Sequence record: OM313460
Strand: one strand, 5' to 3'
DNA: 52,782 nucleotides
Source: Escherichia phage vB_EcoM_IntR
Shown: piece after piece, positions 28,143-37,541 of the stretch
How the letters are laid out: each line of letters starts with the position of its first letter
Numbering within the stretch: the stretch's first letter is position 1
Notes under the pieces: model-generated
What the model saw: only the letters and a program-made list of their open reading frames with translations
The model's database searches: none
Told to the model about the DNA's origin: nothing
Made by a program: the position numbers and the translations under genes

Positions 28143-29314
28143 TGGGCTCTGTAACTAGCACAGGCTATGTTCCCGTCAAGCTCGACGACTGGATCAGCAG
28201 ATTCGAAACGCTCTTCCGTCGTGTGTATGGCGCGGATATTGATTTGTCAGCTAAGTCTGCTGACGGACAAATGGTTGGTATTCTGGCGCAGATGTTTGCA
28301 GACCAGGACGAGCAAGTTGCAATTCTGTTTTCTATGCTTGACCCTAACCAGGCGTCTGGCGTATACGTCGACCAGTTTCTTGCCTACGTAGCGCTTCAGC
28401 GTAAAGGCGAGATGTCAACGCTGTTGACTAAGGTTAAGATTGAAGGCGACCGTAACACTATTATACGTACGCCTTACTATGTAACTGACAGCTCGAATAA
28501 CGTGTACCAGCTTAACTCCACTGTTGCGCTGGATGATAACGGTGTAGTAGAAACAAGCTTCAGCTCTGTTAAGACTGGACGCTTTGTCGTACTTGCAAAC
28601 GATGAGCTTAAACCACAGACTATTGTTTCTGGTGTACGTAAAGTTACCAACATGCAAGTGTCGTCTGGCGGTGCGTCCACTGAGCTCGACTCTGAGGCAA
28701 TAGACCGGGCGTATGCTTCTTACGGCAAACCTGGCACTAACAGCATCGATGGTATTGTTGCTGAGATTCGTCAGATGACTGATGTTATCGCATGTAACGG
28801 TTACGAGAACGAAGAAGCTACACAGGACCCGTTAACTGGCTTACCTCCTCATAGTATGCAGATTGTTGTGGATGGCGGTTCACCTGCGGCTATTGCTGAT
28901 TGCATCTTCCGTCGTAAGACTAATGGCTGTAAGCAGATTGGTACGGAGTCTTATCAGATTACGGATAAGTCCGGTACACAGCGTACAATAAAATGGAGTC
29001 AGCCTACTTATGTTGAGGCATATGCTTCAATAGTTGTAGCTCGTAAAGAGCTGTTTACAGACGTTTCCGAGGACCTTATCAAGAATGCTATTCTGTCCAA
29101 GGTATACAATATCGGTGAAGAGGTATCGACTTACGAGCTGGGCCAGCTGATTCAAGAAGCTAACGGTGTAAGCCCGAACTTCTACATCAAGACGTTCTTT
29201 GTGGGTAAAACATCTAATCCGTCAACAGATACTATTCTGCGTATCACTGCTCTTGAGCGTGCAATATTCGCTGCAGACCGTATCACTATTGCAGTGGTGA
29301 ACGCTGATGGCTGA
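28142..29314 (+). CDS. baseplate J-like protein
   Basis: 390-aa ORF, GGAGA RBS, in canonical baseplate gene order. Confidence 0.6.
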   Translation: MGSVTSTGYVPVKLDDWISRFETLFRRVYGADIDLSAKSADGQMVGILAQMFADQDEQVAILFSMLDPNQASGVYVDQFLAYVALQRKGEMSTLLTKVKIEGDRNTIIRTPYYVTDSSNNVYQLNSTVALDDNGVVETSFSSVKTGRFVVLANDELKPQTIVSGVRKVTNMQVSSGGASTELDSEAIDRAYASYGKPGTNSIDGIVAEIRQMTDVIACNGYENEEATQDPLTGLPPHSMQIVVDGGSPAAIADCIFRRKTNGCKQIGTESYQITDKSGTQRTIKWSQPTYVEAYASIVVARKELFTDVSEDLIKNAILSKVYNIGEEVSTYELGQLIQEANGVSPNFYIKTFFVGKTSNPSTDTILRITALERAIFAADRITIAVVNADG

Positions 29315-29960
29315 ATATCATAAACTACTTATTCAGCAGTACGCTGATAAGCCAAAAGCTGTTGCAACTATTCAAGGCTTCGATGATGCTATTCAAGGCA
29401 TCTGGGATGGTGCCCAGCAAGTTGTTGATAGTCTTAATATTGATAAAGCTTTCGGTAAAGGTCTTGATAATGTTGCAGCCCGAGTTGGTGCCTCACGTGC
29501 TCTTAAAAAAGGCGTAGACCGTAAGTTCTTCGGCTTTACCAATAAAGTACCAGACGTGCTTGGCTTCGGCGGTTCGTCTGGTAATAAAGGCGGTCCGTTC
29601 TACCGTTACGGTGCATCAGTATGGGACCCGGTAATTCTTGATGATATTGACTTGCGTACTTACATCAAGATGAAAATCTGGAAGAACATGCAAGACGGTA
29701 CTATGCCGTATTTAATTGACTTCCTGATTGAATTCTTCGGAATGAATAACTTCGTTATAACTGACAACGAAGATATGACAATGACTCTGGAGATATACAG
29801 TACTCTGACTCCGCTTAAGCAAGTGTTGATTCAGAACTACGATATTCTTCCGCGCCCCACAGGGGTGAAGATTGAACTTAATACGAGCGTTGACGTTACA
29901 GATAGCCTGTACCGTTATGCTACTGTAAACTTACCAGCACAGGTGAATGTATATGGCTGA
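29307..29960 (+). CDS. baseplate/tail protein (Mu gp48 / P2 I-like position)
   Basis: 217-aa ORF overlapping the J-like gene end. Confidence 0.45.
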   Translation: MAEYHKLLIQQYADKPKAVATIQGFDDAIQGIWDGAQQVVDSLNIDKAFGKGLDNVAARVGASRALKKGVDRKFFGFTNKVPDVLGFGGSSGNKGGPFYRYGASVWDPVILDDIDLRTYIKMKIWKNMQDGTMPYLIDFLIEFFGMNNFVITDNEDMTMTLEIYSTLTPLKQVLIQNYDILPRPTGVKIELNTSVDVTDSLYRYATVNLPAQVNVYG

Positions 29961-31287
29961 TGTACAAACAAGACCCGATAACGACATCTTCGCCAGCTCA
30001 GCGGGTACTGGTGAACTGCTGCCGTTCGGTGACCTTGCTAGAGGCTGGGGTGCAACCCTTGGGTACTCGGAAGGTATTCCTCCGATGGAGTGGTTTAACT
30101 TTATCGGTAACCGTACTGACAAAGGTATCCACTACATCCTACAGCAGGGTGTTGATGTATGGGTGGAAACTGAGACCTACCCGGTTGGCGCACTGGTTAA
30201 AGTTAACGCTGACAATATGCTGTACCGTTGTCTGGTGCAAAATATTAACATGGTACCGTCGGCTAACCCTACGCAGTGGCGTCCTGTACTTGATCTGACC
30301 GCTGCGTCTGCTGCTGCACGACAGGTTGGTAAAGCCTCTGGTAACGTAATCCAGGTCGGTGCATTTGGCTTAGGTGGCAACGCTGAGGTAGTTACTAATG
30401 CTAACAGCATTGTAAACGACGGTATCTACCAGCTTCCAGCATCAGGCACAGGCGGGCCTACTAACGGCGTTGCGACTGAGATTCTGCACATCAACTGGGA
30501 TGCTAATAACGCTTCACAGTGGGCACGAACCAAAGGTAAGCGCGTAATTGCTATGCGTGAGAAGGTTAACAATACCTGGGGTGGCTGGTCATACTCTTAC
30601 GGGCCTGACAATAAACCTACGGCTGCTGAGCTGGGTATTAACCAGGACTTCATCCCTATGGATGGTTCTGACTCAATCCGTGGTAACTTAGGTACTATTG
30701 GCTGGTTGCATATTGCACGTACTACTTCCGACTTGCTACGTGCTGCTAACTCCGCTGGTGTAGGTACTGTCGAGTATTCTGGTAACATCGCAGGTGGTAC
30801 TGCTGTTCAGGAGTTGCTGACTTCAGTTTCTGTCGCGGCTAACAGTAATGTTGTCACTGCTGCTCGCTGGGGATCTGTACCTATGTCGCACATCCAGCAC
30901 ATCCTTGTGGCTGGCGGTGCTACACAGATTAACATGGCGGTATGTCGCCCTGGTGGTATTGCCGACCGCCGTACAGTAGCTTTGCAGGTGGATGGTCTTA
31001 ACAGCCGAGTAACTACCACAAATAGCTTTATTTTATGTGAGAATGGTGTTAGAGTATATTCACCTAACAACCCGCAGCCTATCGATACTTCAGCCGGTAA
31101 CGTTCGGGGTATTCGACTCGGCGCTCGTATTGCTGCTGGTGTATCCGAGTCAACATTCTACCCGGGCCATGTAATGACTGGCTGGCGCTTCGGTAATAAG
31201 AAAGAGCTGCGCGGTGGTACATACTGGTCAGCGCCGTTACAGTATTATATCAACGGCACTTGGATTAACGTAAGCAACGTATCGTAA
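29953..31287 (+). CDS. tail fibre protein
   Basis: ATG at 29953 with AGGTGA RBS (29947 also ATG); Gly/Ala/Asn-rich 445-aa protein followed by chaperone genes. Confidence 0.55.
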   Translation: MADVQTRPDNDIFASSAGTGELLPFGDLARGWGATLGYSEGIPPMEWFNFIGNRTDKGIHYILQQGVDVWVETETYPVGALVKVNADNMLYRCLVQNINMVPSANPTQWRPVLDLTAASAAARQVGKASGNVIQVGAFGLGGNAEVVTNANSIVNDGIYQLPASGTGGPTNGVATEILHINWDANNASQWARTKGKRVIAMREKVNNTWGGWSYSYGPDNKPTAAELGINQDFIPMDGSDSIRGNLGTIGWLHIARTTSDLLRAANSAGVGTVEYSGNIAGGTAVQELLTSVSVAANSNVVTAARWGSVPMSHIQHILVAGGATQINMAVCRPGGIADRRTVALQVDGLNSRVTTTNSFILCENGVRVYSPNNPQPIDTSAGNVRGIRLGARIAAGVSESTFYPGHVMTGWRFGNKKELRGGTYWSAPLQYYINGTWINVSNVS

Positions 31288-31296
31288 AGGTTTATT

Positions 31297-31839
31297 ATGA
31301 CTAAGCATAAGGTGTTCCGTAACTTTACCATGTACCATCCCGAGGTAACAGAAGAGAACGAGAACATTGTAAATGCTGGTGCAATCTTCCTCAAGGATGA
31401 GGAAGGTCGCGACTGGTACAATCTCGCAAAAGAGTTCGCTGTCAAATACGAAGGCGCAACGTTCTTGCAGGTAGATAAGAACGGAGTTGTAATTGCGGCA
31501 CATACCGACCCAACTATGTTCCATCCTGTGGGTTGCGATATGGTAGTAACATACGACCCGCCTTTCAACATCTTCGAGACTGTTGGCGAATGGCTGTTCG
31601 ACGGTAAAGAGTTTACGCTTAACGCACCAATGATGAAGGAGATTGCTCGTGAGCGTAAAGAACAAGCTCTGTCCATCGCTTCGACCAAGGTCAGTGTTTT
31701 ACGTGACACAGTTGATAGTGGCAATGCTACCGATGAAGAAAAAGAGCTATTTGCTAAATGGCGTGATTACAGGATTGCTGTCAATCGTCTTGACATTAAC
31801 CTTGGTTCCGCTATGGTTGTTCCACCTATGCCGGAGTAA
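31297..31839 (+). CDS. tail fibre assembly chaperone (Tfa-like), paralog 1
   Basis: 180 aa; shares LKDEEGRDWYNLAKE / AAHTDPTMFHPVGCD blocks with the next ORF. Confidence 0.5.
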   Translation: MTKHKVFRNFTMYHPEVTEENENIVNAGAIFLKDEEGRDWYNLAKEFAVKYEGATFLQVDKNGVVIAAHTDPTMFHPVGCDMVVTYDPPFNIFETVGEWLFDGKEFTLNAPMMKEIARERKEQALSIASTKVSVLRDTVDSGNATDEEKELFAKWRDYRIAVNRLDINLGSAMVVPPMPE

Positions 31840-31842
31840 ACC

Positions 31843-32346
31843 ATGCAACTGTCATTTTTCAACTTTACAGAATACAACCCACAAAGGACGGCGGAGACAC
31901 TTCCGCTGATTAAGCAAGGCGTTGTATTCATCAAAGATAACAATGGTAATGACTGGCGTAAGCTGGCTAAAGAGCTGGCTAAGAATAAAGAGCTGGTTCA
32001 TTATATTGTTGTGGACAAGTACAATGCTGTTGCCGCGTATGCTAACGATCCTACGCTACTGTTTCCTGTTAATTGCGATTTGCATATTGTTGAGTCTGTC
32101 CCTGCTGCTAAGTTTGCGGATTGCTATTACGAATGGTCATACGTTAATGGCAAGTTTGTTAAGCACTCGGAACTGCAGAAGGTGATTGCAGAAGAACGCC
32201 TGCAGGAAGAACAGGCTTGGGTTGAAGGACAACTCGACACTGAAGAAGATGAGGAACGTATTATCGCTCTCCATAAATTCCGTGCCGATTTGTTGCTGCT
32301 TGTTATGTCAGATGCGCCGCATATCGACTGGCCTGTACGACCGTAA
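31843..32346 (+). CDS. tail fibre assembly chaperone (Tfa-like), paralog 2
   Basis: 167 aa; matching blocks IKDNNGNDWRKLAKE / AAYANDPTLLFPVNCD. Confidence 0.5.
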   Translation: MQLSFFNFTEYNPQRTAETLPLIKQGVVFIKDNNGNDWRKLAKELAKNKELVHYIVVDKYNAVAAYANDPTLLFPVNCDLHIVESVPAAKFADCYYEWSYVNGKFVKHSELQKVIAEERLQEEQAWVEGQLDTEEDEERIIALHKFRADLLLLVMSDAPHIDWPVRP

Positions 32347-32352
32347 CTAATT

Positions 32353-32394
32353 GCTACCAGCAAGCTTGTGCAGTTGCTGGTAGCGTTTCTTTTA
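32353..32394 (+). terminator. rho-independent terminator
   Basis: GCTACCAGCAA...TTGCTGGTAGC inverted repeat followed by GTTTCTTTT. Confidence 0.6.
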
Positions 32395-32448
32395 CGCTTG
32401 AGTCGTGCTATAATCCACTCTGGGTATACAATAAACCGGAGATATGGG

Positions 32449-32709
32449 ATGTTTGACTACAACGACAAGTCTTCCCTTATTGGCCAGTTTGTGGCTTGGG
32501 TAACAATAACAGTAAGTACTTTATCACTAAGTGATTGGGGTACTCTTATCGGTATACTCAGTTCCTTGGTGATGCTGATTGTTGTTACATATAACCAAAC
32601 ACGGCGAACCAAAATTATGTCGGATTATTACAATCGTAAGAAGCCGATAGAGGATGAAGTCGCGTCGAAAGAAGAGGTGTTACGTGAGTCTGAAATCAGC
32701 AGCGACTAA
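32449..32709 (+). CDS. holin (two transmembrane segments; possible pinholin)
   Basis: ATG at 32449 with GGAG RBS; hydrophobic stretches LIGQFVAWVTITVSTLSL and GTLIGILSSLVMLIVVTY; directly upstream of the endolysin. Confidence 0.55.
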   Translation: MFDYNDKSSLIGQFVAWVTITVSTLSLSDWGTLIGILSSLVMLIVVTYNQTRRTKIMSDYYNRKKPIEDEVASKEEVLRESEISSD

Positions 32710-33229
32710 AGGAGGTTGTAGCATGCTCGCTATCATCGGGCTTGTATTGTCGATGACAAGTACGCATGTACGTACTAATAAAGAAGGTCTTGAAATAATC
32801 GGTAATGCAGAAGGTTGTATGCGCAACCCGTATGTATGCCCTACTGGTTATTTAACAGTTGGCATTGGTAGCCGCATCTACAGCGATGAGCCCGCTGTAC
32901 GGCGCGAAGGCCTGACAGACCAGGAGATTGCTGACCGCTGGGTCAAGAATATACAAGAAGCAGAAAAGTGTGTTAACGACTGGTTCCACGGTAAAGATAT
33001 GAACACTAACCAGTTCAGCGCTATGACTTCAATGGTATTCAACCATGGTTGCACTAGACTCCGTAAGAACAAGGATGGTTCACCTACCAAAATATATACT
33101 GCTGCCCGTAAACAAAACTGGACTGAAATGTGTAACAGCATAACTGACTGGGATATGGGTGGTAAGTACAGGGGCTTGACAATACGTAAGCAAAAGGAAA
33201 AAGCGTTATGTCTAAAACCGGTGCAATAA
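32654..33229 (+). CDS. SAR endolysin, T4-lysozyme family (P1 Lyz-like)
   Basis: Catalytic block EGLEIIGNAEGCMRNPYVCPTGYLTVGIG and HGKDMNTNQFSAMTS; N-terminal weakly hydrophobic Gly/Ala/Ser-rich segment with Cys; alternative starts at GTG 32684 and ATG 32723. Confidence 0.75.
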   Translation: MKSRRKKRCYVSLKSAATKGGCSMLAIIGLVLSMTSTHVRTNKEGLEIIGNAEGCMRNPYVCPTGYLTVGIGSRIYSDEPAVRREGLTDQEIADRWVKNIQEAEKCVNDWFHGKDMNTNQFSAMTSMVFNHGCTRLRKNKDGSPTKIYTAARKQNWTEMCNSITDWDMGGKYRGLTIRKQKEKALCLKPVQ

Positions 33230-33537
33230 TTGCAGTTATTCTCGGCCTCGCCATTGTGTTCCTGGCTTTGTGGGTACGTGAGCTGAAAGGTGATATTATC
33301 GACCGTGACGGTATAATCAAACAGCTTAACAAGACTAATGGCGAGTTGTCCGCTACTAATCAAACGCTGATTAACTCTGTAAAGGATGAACGAGAGGCCT
33401 CAGCCAAACGCGCCAGTAAGATAACTGAACTTGAACAACAACTGCGTGATAAGAAGGGTAAATATGACGAAGCGACAAAATATGATTCGTGCGCTAATAC
33501 TGTTGCTCCTTCTGCCGTTCATGAACTCATGCGCTGA
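33208..33537 (+). CDS. i-spanin (Rz-like)
   Basis: N-terminal TM segment IIAVILGLAIVFLALWV then coiled coil; overlaps the endolysin end. Confidence 0.55.
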   Translation: MSKTGAIIAVILGLAIVFLALWVRELKGDIIDRDGIIKQLNKTNGELSATNQTLINSVKDEREASAKRASKITELEQQLRDKKGKYDEATKYDSCANTVAPSAVHELMR

Positions 33538-33739
33538 TAAGCCTGAAGTTGTTTATGTTGACAGGGTAGTCAAGGTTTATCCGCCTGGTGCGTACCTGGT
33601 TAAATGCCATAAACCTGAATTAACAGGTAATACCTGGAAGGCAATAGGTCAGTTAGCTATTGAACGTGGAACAGCTCTTGATGATTGTGCAGACAAGATG
33701 GACAGCATAATTAACTGGAGTAACAAAGGGGCCGAGTGA
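33464..33739 (+). CDS. o-spanin (Rz1-like lipoprotein), overlapping the i-spanin gene
   Basis: ATG at 33464 with AAGAAGGG RBS; signal peptide LILLLLLPFMNSC; out of frame with the i-spanin 3' end. Confidence 0.5.
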   Translation: MTKRQNMIRALILLLLLPFMNSCADKPEVVYVDRVVKVYPPGAYLVKCHKPELTGNTWKAIGQLAIERGTALDDCADKMDSIINWSNKGAE

Positions 33740-33753
33740 TGGCCCCTTTATTT
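33728..33753. terminator. bidirectional rho-independent terminator between convergent blocks
   Basis: GGGGCC-GAGTGAT-GGCCCC hairpin flanked by A-run upstream and TTTATTT downstream. Confidence 0.65.
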
Positions 33754-33755
33754 GA

Positions 33756-34034
33756 TTAAGCCTGCAGGAAGCCTGGGAACATATCAGCGCGTAAAGCAGC
33801 GCCCTTCAGTAACCAGATTTGGTCTTTAGCCTGTGCAAGCGCATTGTCCTGAGCTACTTGTTTGCCGATGTCTGCATTGAACTCTGCAGGGTCAACACAA
33901 CCAGAAGTACCTACACCTAACTGGAAGCCATCCAGCGTTGCCACACATACAGTTACAGTTGTATTCGGTACCTGCCAGAAATGATACTCCAGTTTATCAA
34001 CAAGAGCATTAACTTCTTTAAAATCTACTTTCAT
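33756..34034 (-). CDS. hypothetical protein
   Basis: 92-aa ORF, AAGGAAAG RBS, start overlaps upstream stop. Confidence 0.5.
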   Translation of the reverse strand: MKVDFKEVNALVDKLEYHFWQVPNTTVTVCVATLDGFQLGVGTSGCVDPAEFNADIGKQVAQDNALAQAKDQIWLLKGAALRADMFPGFLQA

Positions 34035-34258
34035 TATCGCTTTCCTTTCTTCTCGTTATACTGCGCGCAGGATGCACACAATACTGTACCGGGTAAGAGC
34101 TGACGTCGTTTTTCTTCAATGTCTTCCCCACACTGGTAGCACGTCAGCGGGCTTACTCCTGTGTATCTTACTCGGTTCGATAGCGCTGCGTCCCGGGCAA
34201 CTTGTTCAGCTTCAGAAGCCATATCATTAATGTCCGATGTGCGCGTAGTCTCAATCAT
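34034..34258 (-). CDS. DksA/TraR-type C4 zinc-finger protein
   Basis: CYQCGEDI...CASCAQ (CxxC-N17-CxxC), 74 aa; GAGGGA RBS. Confidence 0.55.
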   Translation of the reverse strand: MIETTRTSDINDMASEAEQVARDAALSNRVRYTGVSPLTCYQCGEDIEEKRRQLLPGTVLCASCAQYNEKKGKR

Positions 34259-34533
34259 TATTTTCCCTCTTCTTCACAATACAGGGTTTCTAATTCGTCG
34301 CATAGCTGTTGCGTCCAGCAATCATCCTCACCACGTATCTGGAAGCACAGCACAGGAATATCCTGTCGTAAAATATCGCTCTTGTAAATCTTTTTGGCAA
34401 CAGCTTCTGGTTCTTCCTGGAATATCTTCATAAACCAGTCCAGGCCTGACGTGCAGCCTGAGGCGTCTAGTATCTCCTTCGCCCTTAACTTAAGCGTTTC
34501 ATCTACTTCATACTCTAAACCTATCTTAGACAT
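34258..34533 (-). CDS. hypothetical acidic protein
   Basis: 91-aa ORF translationally coupled to the downstream gene. Confidence 0.45.
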   Translation of the reverse strand: MSKIGLEYEVDETLKLRAKEILDASGCTSGLDWFMKIFQEEPEAVAKKIYKSDILRQDIPVLCFQIRGEDDCWTQQLCDELETLYCEEEGK

Positions 34534-34548
34534 ATTATAGACCTTTAA

Positions 34549-36516
34549 TTAGTGTGCCTCTGCCCAGTTACTTTCTATCTTAGCATCAGTAAGAACAGGT
34601 ACACGAAGCGGTAGTACAGTTTCCATGACCCGTACGAAATCATAGAACCCATCTTCTGCTTGCTTACCAGACGGTAGAGAGAAGTTAAGCTCATCGTGTA
34701 CAGTCAGGCGAGGTACGCCAATCACGTCAAAGTAACCGTCTTCATACCCTTTCAGCATTGCAGACTTCATCTGGTCTGCTGACGACCCTTGCAGCACTCG
34801 GTTGATTGCCTTGTGGGTGTCTGCCAGTTTAATGTTCGGGCCATACTCCTGACGTGCTTCTTCAAATGGCAAAGGCATCTTCCCGAATCCACCACGCTTT
34901 GGTACCCACTTATTGAACCACGTCTTCCGGCCCATAAAGGTTTCTACGTACCCCTGGCTATAACATAAATCTTCATAATGCTTCATGGTAGCACCAATGA
35001 ATGGTGCGCCCTGATGGTACGCCTTCAGAACAGGTTCTGCTTCTTCAGGCGTCATTGCTAACTTACGGGCAAGAGCATTAAGCATCATGCCATATAGCAA
35101 ACCAAAGTTGATGGTCTTGGCTGGTTTACGCTCTATAACGTGACCTGAGGCTTCCTTGATAATATCGACCATAACATTGTGGTAATCTGCTTCCGGGTTA
35201 GCCGCGAAAATTGCTCGTAACTCATCAGCGCCCGGGCCGACTGCAAAATGCGCCATGAATCGATATTCAATTTGGGCGTAGTCTGCTGATCCCCATCTGT
35301 GTCCGACATCCGGTACGAAACAAGCACGAAGGAGTGGTCCCAGTATTTTGTGTCGAGACGGTATATTCTGCAGATTAGGGTCAGATGAGCTAAACCGACC
35401 ACTAACGGTTCCACCGTCATCACCGCGCATTTGATGGAATTGACCGTGAAGGAAGCCATTTGTATTCATCCCCAATATATAGCCACGAATAAACGTGGAC
35501 TGGATTTTTTCATAAGACTTAATCTCAGACACCAGTTCCGCAAACGGATGGTGCAAGCCTGCTAAGAAGTCTGCCGTAAACGACGGATTACCCGCCGCTG
35601 TTTTGAAGTACTCCAGACCTAAATGGTCAAATGCAAGAGCTAAGTCCGGACCTGAGTTAACGTTAATGTTAAAGCCAATCTGGTCTTTAATCTGCTGGTG
35701 CATTTTCCTTATTTCAGCGCTAAGCGTATCATCCGCCTCTTTGGCTTTATCAAGGTCAACACGCACACCTGCAAAACGCATCTTAAGCATTAATGGAATA
35801 AGCTTGCACTCCATATAGAATACATCTGTTAAACACCAGCGACTTAACAAAGGCCACTGGGCTTTGATAATGTGTATTGGTAAGTCGGCGTCAGATTCAG
35901 CATAGTAACCCACAAGACGAGGAGGCGTTTTGTAGATGTACTTTCTGGCTTCACCTGTTGGCTTACAGCCATAAGCATCTGAAATCCATTGGTACATCTC
36001 GGCTGAGTCTTTACCTTCGCCTACATACTTTCGTCCAAGTCCTTCAAGTGCAACACGCGCGCCTGGGTCAAGTAATGCTTCCGCGAATTGTACATCCATG
36101 CACAATCCTTTAACTTCCACGCCTTCTGCTGCAAGCCAGCCCAAGTCATATGTGATGTTAGCACCGACTTTAACTTGGTTAGGTCGCGAGAGTTCGAGCC
36201 GAAGCCAACCAAGTACTTCCTCAGCTGGAAGGTTATCCTCTTCGCCGAGCTCGTGTCTGATTGGGTAGTAAGCTTTGAAGCCGTTGTCCGTAGCGATACT
36301 AACTCCAACGATATGACCCTCCCTCCTGGCCCAACCACTACCATTTGTATCCATCCCTGGGTCGTATGTTTCACAGTCAAGACCGATAATCTTTGCAGAA
36401 GACAAATCCGGGTAATGCGCGCGCGGCCGCCATCCAGTATCCCTGACGTATGGTATAGGACGGTTGATAGGTTTAACATTCTTTGCACCTTCGAAGCTAT
36501 CGAATAAAAAGCTCAT
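34549..36516 (-). CDS. DNA polymerase, family A (with 3'-5' exonuclease domain)
   Basis: Exo I motif IGLDCETYD; Pol motif A DYAQIEYRF, motif B RKPAKTINFGLLYGM, motif C LTVHDEL. Confidence 0.85.
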   Translation of the reverse strand: MSFLFDSFEGAKNVKPINRPIPYVRDTGWRPRAHYPDLSSAKIIGLDCETYDPGMDTNGSGWARREGHIVGVSIATDNGFKAYYPIRHELGEEDNLPAEEVLGWLRLELSRPNQVKVGANITYDLGWLAAEGVEVKGLCMDVQFAEALLDPGARVALEGLGRKYVGEGKDSAEMYQWISDAYGCKPTGEARKYIYKTPPRLVGYYAESDADLPIHIIKAQWPLLSRWCLTDVFYMECKLIPLMLKMRFAGVRVDLDKAKEADDTLSAEIRKMHQQIKDQIGFNINVNSGPDLALAFDHLGLEYFKTAAGNPSFTADFLAGLHHPFAELVSEIKSYEKIQSTFIRGYILGMNTNGFLHGQFHQMRGDDGGTVSGRFSSSDPNLQNIPSRHKILGPLLRACFVPDVGHRWGSADYAQIEYRFMAHFAVGPGADELRAIFAANPEADYHNVMVDIIKEASGHVIERKPAKTINFGLLYGMMLNALARKLAMTPEEAEPVLKAYHQGAPFIGATMKHYEDLCYSQGYVETFMGRKTWFNKWVPKRGGFGKMPLPFEEARQEYGPNIKLADTHKAINRVLQGSSADQMKSAMLKGYEDGYFDVIGVPRLTVHDELNFSLPSGKQAEDGFYDFVRVMETVLPLRVPVLTDAKIESNWAEAH

Positions 36517-37511
36517 CAGTCCCCTCTCACATACGCAATTACAACTGTACGAGTTGAGTTTTCCATTTTGAGCGCCTGACTACCCAGTCCTATTCTTTCC
36601 ATGCCTTTAGCCAGTTTACTCATCTGACTAATAACACAGTTGAACGGTTTACTAAACTTAGTCGACTGGAACTTAATGTCGACGGACATCTTTGGAATAA
36701 TCTTATCTGGTAAGTCTGCCTTTGCAGTTGACTCGCCTGTTATCTCCAGAATAGCCTGACCTTCGTCGTACCCAGTAAGCTGGTCCATGACTTCCAGGAA
36801 CTCAGGAGTGATGGCCTGCATATCCATTTCCATATTGAAGAACTTCGATACGTCTGGCCATTTGGCTGCGAGTACCGGAGCATCCATCTGTACGCCATCC
36901 GCAAAGCCGAAGAACATCTGGCCGCGGGCGTATCCTACACTTGTGGGTTCCATCTTCAGCTTAACCAGGGCCTCAAGCATTGGTTTGGCTATGGCACATT
37001 CAAATTCAAAATCCACGTTCAACTTCTCGCGTATCATATACTTACCGTTAGTGGCGTAAGCATAACCATCGCGCAGAAGTAAAGATGTTGCCCATACCTG
37101 CGGTGCTTCGTTAGGTACCCATTTGGCTAAGGCAGTTAATACCGGGAGTAATTCGCCATGTGCTGAATACCAGTTGTTAACTGTAGCAAGCGGCGGTATT
37201 GGTTCATTAAGCGCTTGCATTCTTGTTTTAAGTACACCTGCTGTGACTGTGAGGTTTCCAGCGGCTGTAATGTTAAAAGTAATCTGTTCAGTTCTTGCCG
37301 CATTAACGGCCTTACGAAATGATTCAGCATCCACTTGCAGGTCTGGAAATCCTTTACATGGCGCTCGTAGTAATACGTTCTTGTAGTATGAATGGATTGT
37401 TCCGTCTGCAATCCATATTTTGCCCATAAGACCACTATCAGTATACTTGATGGGACGAGCTTGTTGAACGGCAGTCTGTATTTGTTTGGTGTCATAGTTA
37501 AACTTGCTCAT
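36516..37511 (-). CDS. hypothetical protein adjacent to the DNA polymerase gene
   Basis: 331-aa ORF; start follows a stable hairpin; function not recognisable by eye. Confidence 0.5.
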   Translation of the reverse strand: MSKFNYDTKQIQTAVQQARPIKYTDSGLMGKIWIADGTIHSYYKNVLLRAPCKGFPDLQVDAESFRKAVNAARTEQITFNITAAGNLTVTAGVLKTRMQALNEPIPPLATVNNWYSAHGELLPVLTALAKWVPNEAPQVWATSLLLRDGYAYATNGKYMIREKLNVDFEFECAIAKPMLEALVKLKMEPTSVGYARGQMFFGFADGVQMDAPVLAAKWPDVSKFFNMEMDMQAITPEFLEVMDQLTGYDEGQAILEITGESTAKADLPDKIIPKMSVDIKFQSTKFSKPFNCVISQMSKLAKGMERIGLGSQALKMENSTRTVVIAYVRGD

Positions 37512-37518
37512 AGTATAA

Positions 37519-37534
37519 CGGGGCCGAAGCCCCG
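37519..37534 (-). promoter_or_regulatory. stable intergenic hairpin (UUCG tetraloop on transcript strand)
   Basis: CGGGGC-CGAA-GCCCCG on the + strand, so CGGGGC-UUCG-GCCCCG in the leftward transcript, between the ThyA-family and downstream genes. Confidence 0.5.
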
Positions 37535-37541
37535 CTCCATC

